From Pseudomonadota bacterium (GTDB lineage Bacteria; Pseudomonadota; Alphaproteobacteria; UBA1280; JAAZVW01): a DNA stretch of 64,000 nt. The position numbers and the translations under genes were made by a program. The notes below the pieces were generated by a model. That model did not search any database. It saw nothing but the letters and a program-made list of their open reading frames with translations, and had not been told where the DNA came from. Location: NCBI GenBank assembly GCA_018623135.1, contig JAAZVW010000002.1, forward strand, positions 5,447-69,446, in the 5' to 3' direction. Shown here one piece after another: positions 40,667-51,122 of this stretch (the first letter of the stretch is position 1; every line of letters begins with the position of its first letter).

Positions 40667-41248
40667 TTAAGCTACAGCAAAATTTGCCAAAACAAAATCC
40701 TGTGAAATACGGTTTTTCACCATTAAATCACGCCACTCGTCCAAGGTTTTCAGCTGTAGCACAGCTAAAAGCAACATCACAGATCGCGCTTCATAAAAAT
40801 GGCTATTTGTATGGTATTCTTTTGCAATCTGTAGCAAATTTTCATACGTCGGATCACATTCAAAAGAAAAAGCTCTTAATAAGCGCTCATTCTTCCACTG
40901 GTAATCCTTAAAAACAGGATGTGTCCATACAGAAAATTTCTGTCGCTGAATATCTGTCATCAACGTGTATAAAAACCGCACAGAATAGTGCTCTTTATTT
41001 CGCCTTGTTTTATGCAAGCGCAATTTACGTGCATAACCGGCCCAAAGCAGCCCATCTTGTAACGAAATCAGGTAAAACGCCCATTCTCGTATGGCGCGTG
41101 GCGTCATTTTTGTTGCCTGAAACCCTTCACCCTGTTTATACAGCAAAGGCTCTTCTTTCAGTACTTCCATGTTGATCTTTTTGTAATCTGTAAACAGAAA
41201 AACGACAAAAGACATCATCGAATGATACAGCTTCATAAGTGTCGTCAT
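40667..41248 (-). CDS. hypothetical protein (193 aa)
   Basis: Intact ORF 60 nt downstream of the HNH gene on the same strand. No recognised motif. Confidence 0.5.
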   Translation of the reverse strand: MTTLMKLYHSMMSFVVFLFTDYKKINMEVLKEEPLLYKQGEGFQATKMTPRAIREWAFYLISLQDGLLWAGYARKLRLHKTRRNKEHYSVRFLYTLMTDIQRQKFSVWTHPVFKDYQWKNERLLRAFSFECDPTYENLLQIAKEYHTNSHFYEARSVMLLLAVLQLKTLDEWRDLMVKNRISQDFVLANFAVA

Positions 41249-41308
41249 AGCGACCCCCTCTAAACGTAAGTAAAGTGTGTATTTTACAACGTTTGAGAGT
41301 ATACAACG

Positions 41309-41848
41309 TTAAGAAGTTACTGCAAGGTATTTTTGCCAGCTTTCGTGTATTTCTTGTGTTTCAAGCTGATGCGCCTTTCTAAGTAACTCCCAATAACCAG
41401 GCTTATGGGGTGCTTCCTTTAAAGGCATATGCGCTTGTTCTGGGGTTCTACCACCTTTTTTAGAGTTACAGTTTTGGCAGCATGCTACAATGTTTTCCCA
41501 ACTTGTATCCCCACCTTTACAGCGTGGCAACACATGGTCAAAAGTAAGGGGTACGCCATCACGCAAACCACGTACTCTTCCTTTTACACCGCAATATTGG
41601 CATTCAAACATATCTCGTAAATACAAATTAAATCTGTTAAATGCTGGGCCACCTTTAAAATGCACAAACTCTTTAAGCACAATCACACTAGGCAATTTCA
41701 TAGCTAAATTAGGGGAATGTACATAATCATCATAATAATCCACAGCTTCGGCTTTGCCGCTAAAAACAGCTTTAATCGCCTCTTGCCACGGAATAACAGA
41801 AAGTGGAAAATGACTCAATGGACGGTAATCCGCATTAAGTAACAGCAC
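41309..41848 (-). CDS. HNH endonuclease family protein
   Basis: Zinc-ribbon and HNH motifs: CQYCG...FDHVLPRCKGGDTSWENIVACCQNCNSKKG. The annotated start is GTG with no RBS. An in-frame ATT at 41869 lies 9 nt after a perfect AAGGAGG. Confidence 0.8.
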   Translation of the reverse strand: MLLLNADYRPLSHFPLSVIPWQEAIKAVFSGKAEAVDYYDDYVHSPNLAMKLPSVIVLKEFVHFKGGPAFNRFNLYLRDMFECQYCGVKGRVRGLRDGVPLTFDHVLPRCKGGDTSWENIVACCQNCNSKKGGRTPEQAHMPLKEAPHKPGYWELLRKAHQLETQEIHESWQKYLAVTS

Positions 41849-42143
41849 TTTATGGTGTCTTGAACTAATGAAAGCCCACCTCCTTTATCTCGTGTATTTT
41901 ACACGCAGTTAAAGAAACCCCACTCGTAATAGGCTGCGGTTTTATGTAAAGTTTGAGTCCTTATACTATAAATATAGGTACTTTTTACTTTATTTTCAAA
42001 ATGTTAACATGTTGCCGTGCCATAAAAAAGCCCCTCTTAAGGGTATCTGTCACTTAAAAACCGCAACATAATTACCCCTCCTTTTGCTTGAACATTAAGC
42101 CGTATAATTATAAAATATGAAAAAAAGATAAAAGAGATTCCAT

Positions 42144-42776
42144 ATGCCCCAAAGTAGCTTAATTGATCAATACACCCAAATACATGCAACGCACAGCTGG
42201 GGCAACACTTCTGTGGGTTTACATAGCAAATATATACAACTTCTGCTTCAAGATCATCAACCACAAAGCATTCTTGATTTTGGCTGCGGACAAAGCAAAC
42301 TGGCACCTTACCTTCAATCTCAAATAGAATCTATCAAACAAGCCTATAGGTACGATCCATCTATTCCAGAGATTAAAAACAAACCTAAAGCTACAGTCGA
42401 CTGGGTTTTAAATACCGATGTCCTAGAACATATCCCGGAAGAGCAGCTAGATGATATCCTTACCGATATCAAATCCCTATCTAACAAGGTTATTTTTATG
42501 ATTCACCTTAAAGAAGCAACTCTCATTCTACCAAATGGTCAAAACGCACACTGCACCATAAAACCGCCAGTTTGGTGGCAGAACAAAATAAATCAGCACT
42601 TTTCTCATACAACACTTTTAGGGCACCATAGCGGTAAACATTGCTGTATTGTTACTCAAGATGTACCCTTAAAAAACCGTTACAAATATAGTATTTTAAA
42701 AAGCTATTTGTTTATCATCCGCTGTTTTAAATTTATATACCGCAAGGTTAAACAAAAATGCCTCAAACAAAATTAG
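42144..42776 (+). CDS. class I SAM-dependent methyltransferase
   Basis: Motif I ILDFGCGQS and the downstream acidic motif TDVLEHIPEE. Confidence 0.75.
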   Translation: MPQSSLIDQYTQIHATHSWGNTSVGLHSKYIQLLLQDHQPQSILDFGCGQSKLAPYLQSQIESIKQAYRYDPSIPEIKNKPKATVDWVLNTDVLEHIPEEQLDDILTDIKSLSNKVIFMIHLKEATLILPNGQNAHCTIKPPVWWQNKINQHFSHTTLLGHHSGKHCCIVTQDVPLKNRYKYSILKSYLFIIRCFKFIYRKVKQKCLKQN

Positions 42777-44053
42777 CAGAGTTCTGCTCTCATATTTACC
42801 AGTTAGAGCAAGAGCTTAATCTCCCACAATTGCGTATTCAAAACTGCTATTTTTGGCAGCTTATTCGTATGGATTTTTACTATCAAACAGCCCAAAAACT
42901 AAATATTTTAAATAACCCACATCCCAAACTTCTACAAAGCTCAAAAACAAAGGTTTTGTGGCGTGCTTTATGTAAATTTCCATGGCAGCATCTTTTATTA
43001 AGCAACAATAAAATAACAGATCTTATTGTTTGCCATAGCCGAAAACACCAAGGTAAAGATATGTATAGTGAGAAAATCATCCAACAAAACCCTCACATCT
43101 GTATTGCCGATAAATGCATTTCTGCGAGCTTCCAAAAAAATGCCATAACAATAGATACACCTCAGTTTATCGGTCTTTTTTGTGCAAAAATTTTCAAACC
43201 CCGCTTTTCCCAAACAGAAGAACAAAAGATAGCCGAAATATCTCAAGCATTTTCAGAAAAGTTTCAAATTTCAATTAACTTAAAACCTCTTATTGAAAAA
43301 AGACTCACGAGCTTTAAAATATCCAAAAAAATCTATAAGCTTTTCTTTAAAAACATGCCCTGTTTGCAAAAAGTTTATATCACTGTGGGGCATAGCCACC
43401 TGAGCCTTATTTCAGCATTAAAAGAACTGCAGATTTCAACAACAGAAGTCCAGCATGCTGTTTTGAGCCCTTATCATCTTGGCTACCATTTTCCTAAATG
43501 GCCAGAAGTGCCTTATGCGACAGATAACATGCTCACCTTTGGTAGATTTTGGCAAACCGCGGTTGACCATCCTAAATCAATGCGTTTTGAAGTTATTGGC
43601 AGCCCTCCCCCTCTACAAAAAGCAGCAAAACACCTAAGCACAAACAAACAAAAGCAGATTATCTTTATCTCCCAAGGCATTGTTTCTAAAAAACTTTATC
43701 AATTTGCCGTGGCATTAAGTAAATGTAATATTGGCTGCGATATTATTTACAGACTGCACCCAAGTGAATCTATAAACGATTACCCTCTTAATGCAAACAT
43801 ACAACTTTCACAAACAACGCCAGATACCTACAGCCTATTAGCAGAAGCAGAATATGCCGTAGGTGTGGCATCCACAGCTATTTACGAAGCCTGCTTACTC
43901 GGCTGTAAACCTATATTATTTAACACAGAAGGGGTAGAATATTTACAACCGCTTATCGACCAATACAACATCCCCCTCGTCTCAACAACAGATGACTTTA
44001 TAAAAGCCTTAAAAGAAGCAAAAAAAATAAGCGCAGAAGATTTCTACGCTTAA
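42758..44053 (+). CDS. putative GT-B-fold glycosyltransferase / polysaccharide biosynthesis protein (431 aa)
   Basis: The C-terminal pattern AEYAVGVASTAIYEACLLGCKPILF resembles the GT-B sugar-donor domain. Overlaps the methyltransferase by 19 nt. Confidence 0.45.
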   Translation: MPQTKLAEFCSHIYQLEQELNLPQLRIQNCYFWQLIRMDFYYQTAQKLNILNNPHPKLLQSSKTKVLWRALCKFPWQHLLLSNNKITDLIVCHSRKHQGKDMYSEKIIQQNPHICIADKCISASFQKNAITIDTPQFIGLFCAKIFKPRFSQTEEQKIAEISQAFSEKFQISINLKPLIEKRLTSFKISKKIYKLFFKNMPCLQKVYITVGHSHLSLISALKELQISTTEVQHAVLSPYHLGYHFPKWPEVPYATDNMLTFGRFWQTAVDHPKSMRFEVIGSPPPLQKAAKHLSTNKQKQIIFISQGIVSKKLYQFAVALSKCNIGCDIIYRLHPSESINDYPLNANIQLSQTTPDTYSLLAEAEYAVGVASTAIYEACLLGCKPILFNTEGVEYLQPLIDQYNIPLVSTTDDFIKALKEAKKISAEDFYA

Positions 44054-44079
44054 TATTCATAACTTCTTCACAGAGCAAC

Positions 44080-45909
44080 TTAATGGTCTGTACGTAAAAA
44101 TTGCAGTTCAGCCAAGCTTTTATAAAGAGCAGAAGACTCAAGCAAATCTTCATGCTTACCTTCATCAACAATTTGGCCTTTATTCATAACAATAATTCTA
44201 TCTGCACTTTTTACAGTCGCAAGCCTATGGGCAATCACAAGCGTTGTACGCTCTTTGGCAACTTCTTCTATCGCTTGCTGAATTTTTTGTTCCGATTTCG
44301 CATCTAAGTTCGATGTTGCTTCATCCAACAATAACACATCAGGGTTTCTTAAAATGGTACGCGCAATAGCAATACGTTGTTTCTGACCACCAGAAAGACG
44401 CACGCCCTTCTCACCTAAATATGTATCGTAACCATTTTCAAATTCCTGTACAAATGCATGCACCTGAGCAAGTTTCGCCGCTTCTATAACCTCATCATCT
44501 GTCGCATCTGGCTTACCGTAACGGATATTCTCCATCACCGATGTTGCAAATACAGTACTTTCTTGAGCCACCATCGCAACCGATTTACGAATTGCTTGCA
44601 AATCAACCTCTGTTAGTTTCTCGCCATCTAATACAATACTTCCCTTAATAGGGTCATAAAACCTTAAAAGTAAATGGAATAAAGTGGATTTACCTGCACC
44701 AGAAGGGCCAACAATAGCCAAGGTTTCCCCCGCTTTAATATGTAAATTCAAATCTTTCAAAATAGCTTCATGTTCATTCGCAGGGTAGGCAAAGCTCACC
44801 TTATCAAAAATAATTTCACGACCTTTTTGCGCTTCTTTTAAACTTTTTGGTTCTTTAGGTTGGCGTACATCTGTACGTGCATCTAATAAATCAAACAAAC
44901 GTTCCGCCGCCCCAGCAGCAGATTGTAAAGACGAATAAAACTGTGAAATAGACCCCAAGGCATCCCCTAAAAAGAGCACATACATTAAGTAAGCAAGTAA
45001 GGTACCTGCTGTCATTTTATCGGCAATCACTTCGCTACCACCAAGCCATAACACACCAATAACACCGGCAAAAGCAATCGCCACACTTACCGAGAAGAAT
45101 AAAGCAGTCGAACGAATTTGTAACTTAGCCGCATCAATAGATTCATCCACACTACGGGCATAACGTGCCACTTCAAACTCTTCTTGCGTAAAAGCCTGTA
45201 CCGTACGCACAGCACTAATGGATTCTTCCACCTGTACACTTAAATCCGCCACTTTATCTTGCTGGTTTTTAGAATGCTTACGCATAGATTTACCCAACAT
45301 TAACGAAATAACCATAACAGGCGGCACAACAACCAATAAAATAAGCGTCAGTTTAACAGATGTATAAAAAAGCAAGCCTAAACCAGCAAATAACATTAAC
45401 AGACCACGCACAACGTAAGGAATTTGCATTCCCCAAGTAATACGTAAAATAGCAACATCTGCCGTTAATCTAGAGATAATTTCACCCGTACGGCGTTTAT
45501 CATAAAATGTTGGTGATAAATATAAAATATGGCGGTAAACCTTATTACGAATATCCGCAACCATTAACACACCAAGCATACGGCTATAAATATTACGCGC
45601 ATAGATACTTAAACCTAAAACGACAACCAAACCCACCATTAAAAGCACAGCTTTATTTAATAATGCTGTGGATTTGGTAGACATCGCCTCATCAACTAAG
45701 GTTTTAATACCTTGCGGAATAGCAAGCACAGCAGCGGTGCTAAACAACATAGCAATTAATGAAAGTATAATGTATTTTTTATACGGCAGTAAAAAGCTAA
45801 ACAGCAGTTTTACACTCCTGATATCTTGTGCTTTTTCTCTGTTTGGAAGTCCTGTTTTTCTCATAATGAAGTTAAAATGACGCATTTTAATCAAAAAGGC
45901 AAGAGACAA
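44080..45909 (-). CDS. ABC exporter, fused permease/ATPase (MsbA/ABCB-like)
   Basis: Six-TM domain, Walker A GPSGAGKST, signature LSGGQKQRIAIAR and Walker B LLLDEATS. The true start is probably an internal Met (45885 or 45864). Confidence 0.9.
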   Translation of the reverse strand: MSLAFLIKMRHFNFIMRKTGLPNREKAQDIRSVKLLFSFLLPYKKYIILSLIAMLFSTAAVLAIPQGIKTLVDEAMSTKSTALLNKAVLLMVGLVVVLGLSIYARNIYSRMLGVLMVADIRNKVYRHILYLSPTFYDKRRTGEIISRLTADVAILRITWGMQIPYVVRGLLMLFAGLGLLFYTSVKLTLILLVVVPPVMVISLMLGKSMRKHSKNQQDKVADLSVQVEESISAVRTVQAFTQEEFEVARYARSVDESIDAAKLQIRSTALFFSVSVAIAFAGVIGVLWLGGSEVIADKMTAGTLLAYLMYVLFLGDALGSISQFYSSLQSAAGAAERLFDLLDARTDVRQPKEPKSLKEAQKGREIIFDKVSFAYPANEHEAILKDLNLHIKAGETLAIVGPSGAGKSTLFHLLLRFYDPIKGSIVLDGEKLTEVDLQAIRKSVAMVAQESTVFATSVMENIRYGKPDATDDEVIEAAKLAQVHAFVQEFENGYDTYLGEKGVRLSGGQKQRIAIARTILRNPDVLLLDEATSNLDAKSEQKIQQAIEEVAKERTTLVIAHRLATVKSADRIIVMNKGQIVDEGKHEDLLESSALYKSLAELQFLRTDH

Positions 45910-45930
45910 AAAAGCCTCCTGCCTTCTTGA

Positions 45931-46953
45931 CTAAATTTTTACAAGCTCAACAACATCAGCCAAAATATCAGCCGTGGATTTAGCAAGGTCTCCCTTACCT
46001 AATTCAGAATCCACTAAATGGCCCGCATCTTCAACAATATCACAGCGCTGAGCTTTAAGTATTTTTGCAAATTCTTTTACTTTTTCTGGTGGGCTTATCT
46101 CATCATTACTACCACTTACCACAAAAATAGGTGCCTCAAAATTATGTGCCGTTACCTTCTCTAAAAACGGATACTCAAACACAAAATTATTCATAAACCA
46201 GTTTGCCATAACAGCCCCGGTATTTAAAAACATACGCGACATATTCATATCTACAGCTTCAGGGTGCGTATATAAATGATGCGCCAAAGTATAAGGCTCA
46301 CCCTGTATATTTTTCATAGGCTTTAAACTATCCGCCATATGAAAGCACAATAAACTTAATACAGCCTTCACCCTCACTTTAGAATTTGGCAACCTACCAT
46401 ATAACTTACCCCAATAAAAATAAGGATTTTCCTCAAAATCTTTCGGCACTTGGCCCGATGCATAAGTCACCCAATGGGTTTTAACAAAATGCTTAAACAA
46501 AGCAAAAGAAGCCGGATACTTTTTTGCTTTTTCTTTAAACCAATACTCTTGTTCACCTAAAGAGGCAGAATTCGGGGCAACAAGCACAATCGCTTTAGGC
46601 TTTATATAACCTTCCATCACCGCAGCAAGTACTGGCAAAGCCCCTAAAGAATGCGCCATCACAATATCGGCTTGTGGCAAGCTTGATAAATCTTCCGCAC
46701 GTTTTAAAAGCGAATCATCCCATAAATCGTTACTTTCTGTGCGCGCTTGTCCAACACCGCAACCACGGCTCATAACCGCCTGCAATTTCACATTTGCAGA
46801 ACGTTCATCTAAATATTTATGTAGTTGAGAAATTTCTGATTCTTTCCAGTAATAGCCTGGACCACCATGATGCAAAGCAACAGTAATATCTGCTTCACCT
46901 TTTTCTATTACAGCAAATTTATGCTTTTTGCCCTGTACAAATTTGATCGTCAT
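45931..46953 (-). CDS. alpha/beta-fold hydrolase (340 aa)
   Basis: Oxyanion-hole-like HGGPG and nucleophile elbow AHSLGA. Confidence 0.65.
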   Translation of the reverse strand: MTIKFVQGKKHKFAVIEKGEADITVALHHGGPGYYWKESEISQLHKYLDERSANVKLQAVMSRGCGVGQARTESNDLWDDSLLKRAEDLSSLPQADIVMAHSLGALPVLAAVMEGYIKPKAIVLVAPNSASLGEQEYWFKEKAKKYPASFALFKHFVKTHWVTYASGQVPKDFEENPYFYWGKLYGRLPNSKVRVKAVLSLLCFHMADSLKPMKNIQGEPYTLAHHLYTHPEAVDMNMSRMFLNTGAVMANWFMNNFVFEYPFLEKVTAHNFEAPIFVVSGSNDEISPPEKVKEFAKILKAQRCDIVEDAGHLVDSELGKGDLAKSTADILADVVELVKI

Positions 46954-47024
46954 CTGTATCCCTCTTCTCTATCGCATACTCTAATAGATAGGAGTAGAAT
47001 ACTCAAAAATCAATATTTCTAACC

Positions 47025-47513
47025 TTAAGAGTCTATTTTGAGCTTTTCCAAAGCATACAAAGCTTCCGATTGGCTAAAACCTCTGCGCAATAAAAAGTTA
47101 ATGCGCCTGGCTTTTTCTTTAGGTTCTAAATAACCCTCATAAGTACCAAATCGTTTTTCCAGAAGCAGGTAAGCATTTTCTGCCCAATTCACTTCTTGCT
47201 CATCAGAACTCAAACTGCCCTGCTCATACAAACTTAACGCCTTATCCGCCAAATCAGATGAAAGTCCTTTTTTATAGAAGTCTTGTTTAATGCGGGTTTT
47301 TCCCCAACGAGAGAGTTCTGCGCGATAGCGCACAAGAGATTCAGAAAACCGCTGATCATTCAAGTAATTTAATTCCTCTAGATGATCCAAAGCCGCGTCA
47401 ATTTCTGCCTGAGTATATTCTTTTTTATAAAGCTTATCCTTAAGCATCTGCCTAGAATAATCGCGCTTAGCCAAAAGACTAAGCGCGACATCTAAAGCTT
47501 TACGTTTAGGCAT
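47025..47513 (-). CDS. recX: recombination regulator RecX
   Basis: Three-repeat helical RecX pattern, placed immediately downstream of recA. Confidence 0.85.
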   Translation of the reverse strand: MPKRKALDVALSLLAKRDYSRQMLKDKLYKKEYTQAEIDAALDHLEELNYLNDQRFSESLVRYRAELSRWGKTRIKQDFYKKGLSSDLADKALSLYEQGSLSSDEQEVNWAENAYLLLEKRFGTYEGYLEPKEKARRINFLLRRGFSQSEALYALEKLKIDS

Positions 47514-47539
47514 AAAATAAAATCCCTAAACCTAAATGA

Positions 47540-48547
47540 TTATGCAGAAGCTTCTGTAGCTTCTTCTGCCATTTCGGCTGTACCAGAAATTTTAGCCATA
47601 ATAGTATCAACCATTTCTGGGTTATCTTTCAAGTACTGAATCGCATTGTTACGACCTTGGCCAATACGTGTACCATTTGCACTAAACCAAGCACCCGCTT
47701 TTTCAACAATACCATCAGCTAAACCAAAATCTAATAACTCACCATAGTAGTTAATACCTTGGCCGTACATAATTTCAAACTCAACTTGTTTAAATGGCGG
47801 TGCAACTTTGTTTTTAACAACTTTCACACGCGTTTGGTTACCAATAATTTCTTCTTTGTCTTTTACAGCGCCAATACGACGAATATCTAAACGCACAGAA
47901 GAATAGAATTTAAGAGCATTACCACCCGTTGTTGTTTCAGGGTTACCAAACATAACACCAATTTTCATACGAATTTGGTTAATAAACATAACAGAACAGT
48001 GTGTACGGTTAATAGAAGCAGTAACTTTACGCAATGCCTGAGACATTAAGCGCGCTTGCAAACCAACGTGCGCATCACCCATTTCACCTTCAAGCTCAGC
48101 TTTAGGTGTAAGTGCCGCAACAGAGTCTACAATAATTAAATCAACAGCACCCGAACGCACAAGCGTATCTAAAATTTCTAGCGCTTGTTCACCACTATCT
48201 GGCTGAGAAATAAGCAAATCACCTACATTTACACCTAGCTTTTCAGCATAAATTGTATCTAAAGCATGCTCCGCATCAATAAACGCACAAACACCACCTT
48301 GCTTTTGGCATTCAGCAATGGCATGTAATGTTAATGTTGTTTTACCAGAAGATTCTGGGCCAAAAATCTCAATAATACGGCCTTTAGGGTAGCCACCCAC
48401 ACCTAGGGCTTTGTCTAAGCTCAAAGAACCAGTTGGGATAACCTCAACCTTCTCGACTTGCTTTTCAGACATTTTAAATACTGTACCCTTACCGAAAGAA
48501 CGCTCAATCTGAGCTAAAGCGGCATCTAATGCTTTTTGCTTATCCAT
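47540..48547 (-). CDS. recA: recombinase RecA
   Basis: Walker [10 protein letters not shown] and full-length RecA collinearity. Confidence 0.98.
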   Translation of the reverse strand: MDKQKALDAALAQIERSFGKGTVFKMSEKQVEKVEVIPTGSLSLDKALGVGGYPKGRIIEIFGPESSGKTTLTLHAIAECQKQGGVCAFIDAEHALDTIYAEKLGVNVGDLLISQPDSGEQALEILDTLVRSGAVDLIIVDSVAALTPKAELEGEMGDAHVGLQARLMSQALRKVTASINRTHCSVMFINQIRMKIGVMFGNPETTTGGNALKFYSSVRLDIRRIGAVKDKEEIIGNQTRVKVVKNKVAPPFKQVEFEIMYGQGINYYGELLDFGLADGIVEKAGAWFSANGTRIGQGRNNAIQYLKDNPEMVDTIMAKISGTAEMAEEATEASA

Positions 48548-48822
48548 TTTATGTAAAACTCCTCACTGAAAAATGTAGCTTAAGGCTAACAAAAATTATA
48601 CATAAGCGCAACAAAAAGCACCCGCATTCATCACTTTATAAAAAGGCGTACATTTTAAATCATATGAAAGACAGCTTCCACTTTTCTAACAGTAATCCGC
48701 CCCTTTTCAGTGTTCCACATCATTTTACACATCACATACCTCTATAGATTGCGCATAATAGCCCTATAGAACGTATCTACACCTAAATAGATGTATGCAA
48801 GAAACCACGGAGCCTTATATAA

Positions 48823-49140
48823 ATGAGTACGCCAGAAATTAAGCTCGAAGAATTAAAAACACTTACAAAAGTGCATGTTTTGCCAGAACTCTCTGCAACT
48901 TCTGTGCAAGCGCTCTACAATGCATTGCAACAAGCTATAGAGCTTAACAAGCCCATTAAAATAGATGCGCGAAAACTACAACATATAGATAGCACCTGCG
49001 TGCAAACACTTATTGCCGCAAAATATAAAGCTGAGCAAGAAAACTTAAAAATAGAAATGAGCGAACCACCGCATCATATTACAGAAATATTCACCCTTTT
49101 AGGATTACAAAAAGAATTATCTGATCTGGTACAAAATTAA
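48823..49140 (+). CDS. STAS-domain protein (anti-sigma-factor-antagonist-like)
   Basis: 105 aa with the STAS pattern and an [10 protein letters not shown] loop. Its stop codon overlaps the MCP start (TAATG). Confidence 0.7.
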   Translation: MSTPEIKLEELKTLTKVHVLPELSATSVQALYNALQQAIELNKPIKIDARKLQHIDSTCVQTLIAAKYKAEQENLKIEMSEPPHHITEIFTLLGLQKELSDLVQN

Positions 49141-50687
49141 TGAACATAAAAACAATATTAACCTTCAACGCTATCAATACATACAAAGCTAAGAGAATTT
49201 TAATTACCTTAGTTTCTGGCTTACCCATGCTTTTAGTTATGTCTTTTATTACGCCTTTAAGTATTGCCTTACTCTCTGTGTTCGCTTATTACCTTTGTTT
49301 AGGATTTTGCTGGTTCTTACTCATGAATTTTTCTTCTATTAATGGGCATGAAGAAAAATGGGGCATTTTTTCAAACACGCATGAGAAAAGCCTTAATATT
49401 TTATCTGCCCACCTAGAAGATATATCCGATGATATTGAAGTCGCTATTAATGAAATTATTAGCCAATTTCTTATTATTGCTGATTCAACCCATAAGCAAA
49501 GTCAAATGATTAAAGATGCGGCTCATAATGCAGATACTGTTGCCGATGAAGATGGTGAGATTTCAACCGAAGACTTTGTTGATATTATTAATAATAAAAT
49601 TGAAGAAATTATTAATTCTTTGGTTTGGATTTCTAGTCAAATGATGCAAGTTACATTCGACTTAGAAGAGCTTAAGCAACATTCTAGTCGTATTAATAGC
49701 TTTATTGATGAAATTAACTTTATTTCAGAACAAACAAATCTACTTGCCTTAAATGCAACAATTGAAGCCGCACGTGCAGGTGAAGCTGGTAGTGGTTTTA
49801 TGGTGGTCGCCGAAGAAGTACGCAAACTTTCTCAACAATCTACCAAATTTAATGAAAATATTGAACGTGAACTTAAAGCCATTTCTAAAGGTCTAGATAA
49901 ATCTTACGCCGGCGTGCAAGCGGTTGCGACTAAAGATATGACACCTATGCTTATTCATAAAACACGTATTCAACAGCTTGTTACATATCTACTCGAACAG
50001 AAAAACCGTATTAATGAACTTTTAGAAGATGCTGGTTCTCATAGCCAAGAGGTTTCTAAAAACATTTTTGAAATTGTACAAGAAATGCAATTTCAAGACC
50101 GTAACAAGCAGCGTATCAGCCACATTATTGAACCGCTAAAAGATATAGCAAATCTACTTATTAGCCTTAAAACAGAAACAGGCTTAAGCCATATCTCAGC
50201 ATTAGATGATAATTTTATTAATACAATGAACGCCTCTTACACCATGCAGGCAGAAAACAAAGTACATAATGCAGAAATGACAGAACATCTACACCTTCAC
50301 ACACACGATGATTTTGAAGAAGCTGGTGAAATTCAGTTCTTTGATGATTTTAATAATGACATTGTACAAAACGATGCCGCTTTACATGCAGAATCAGACA
50401 TAAACGTACCCCTGCAAACAACAGCAAAAGAAGAACCTAAAGAAAAAGAAACAAAAGAAGCAGATAATTTTGAAGATATTTTCTTCGATGCCCCAGAGCC
50501 AGAACCTGAGCATGAAGATATCCCCGAAACAACAGCTGAAGAAAAAAATACATCATCAGGGAATATAGAAGATGATATTTCCTTTGAAGATGAACCTCTG
50601 TACGGCAAACAGACCCAGAAAAAAGAATCCAAGCCACAAGCAGAGAAAAAAGAAGACCCCTTAGGTGACAATATAGACCTTTTTTAA
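49140..50687 (+). CDS. methyl-accepting chemotaxis protein with a TM hairpin, no sensor domain and a long acidic C-terminal tail
   Basis: Invariant MCP hairpin tip [34 protein letters not shown], hydrophobic residues about 19-63, and a D/E/P-rich tail ending DNIDLF. Confidence 0.9.
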   Translation: MNIKTILTFNAINTYKAKRILITLVSGLPMLLVMSFITPLSIALLSVFAYYLCLGFCWFLLMNFSSINGHEEKWGIFSNTHEKSLNILSAHLEDISDDIEVAINEIISQFLIIADSTHKQSQMIKDAAHNADTVADEDGEISTEDFVDIINNKIEEIINSLVWISSQMMQVTFDLEELKQHSSRINSFIDEINFISEQTNLLALNATIEAARAGEAGSGFMVVAEEVRKLSQQSTKFNENIERELKAISKGLDKSYAGVQAVATKDMTPMLIHKTRIQQLVTYLLEQKNRINELLEDAGSHSQEVSKNIFEIVQEMQFQDRNKQRISHIIEPLKDIANLLISLKTETGLSHISALDDNFINTMNASYTMQAENKVHNAEMTEHLHLHTHDDFEEAGEIQFFDDFNNDIVQNDAALHAESDINVPLQTTAKEEPKEKETKEADNFEDIFFDAPEPEPEHEDIPETTAEEKNTSSGNIEDDISFEDEPLYGKQTQKKESKPQAEKKEDPLGDNIDLF

Positions 50688-50710
50688 CACGTAAAATGTA
50701 GGAAGAAAAC

Positions 50711-51079
50711 ATGGCTAAAAAAATACTCGCAGTAGATGACTCAGCTTCTATCAGACAGATGGTGACCTTTACGCTGCAACAAGCAGGGTACGAAGTTCTA
50801 TCTGCAGAAGATGGTCAAAAAGGGCTAAGCGTTGCACAAAGCAGCCAGGCAGATCTTGTCATCACAGATTTAAACATGCCTAACATGGATGGTATTGAAC
50901 TTATTCGCCAGCTACGCACGCTGGGTAACTATAAGTTCACCCCCATTCTTATGCTAACAACAGAAACAGACCCCACTAAAAAAATGCAAGGCAAAGAAGC
51001 AGGCGCAACAGGTTGGATTGTAAAACCCTTCAACCCAGAACAATTGCTTAAAGTTATTGCCAAAGTATTACCAAATTAA
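50711..51079 (+). CDS. cheY: chemotaxis response regulator CheY
   Basis: Single receiver domain (DDS...DLNMPNMDG...LTTE...KPF). Confidence 0.9.
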   Translation: MAKKILAVDDSASIRQMVTFTLQQAGYEVLSAEDGQKGLSVAQSSQADLVITDLNMPNMDGIELIRQLRTLGNYKFTPILMLTTETDPTKKMQGKEAGATGWIVKPFNPEQLLKVIAKVLPN

Positions 51080-51122
51080 GTCGTATCAATAGATGCTCGT
51101 AAAGAGTTAAGGAGTTAACACA

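Noticed and set aside
42037-42306. 89-aa minus-strand ORF spanning the methyltransferase start
   Set aside because: It overlaps the 5' end and promoter region of a gene with clear SAM-methyltransferase motifs. It has no RBS and no motif of its own.
48548-48822. SOS/LexA box upstream of recA
   Set aside because: The region contains neither the alphaproteobacterial GTTC-N7-GTTC direct repeat nor the CTGT-N8-ACAG palindrome. Only isolated GTTC and GAAC tetramers are present.
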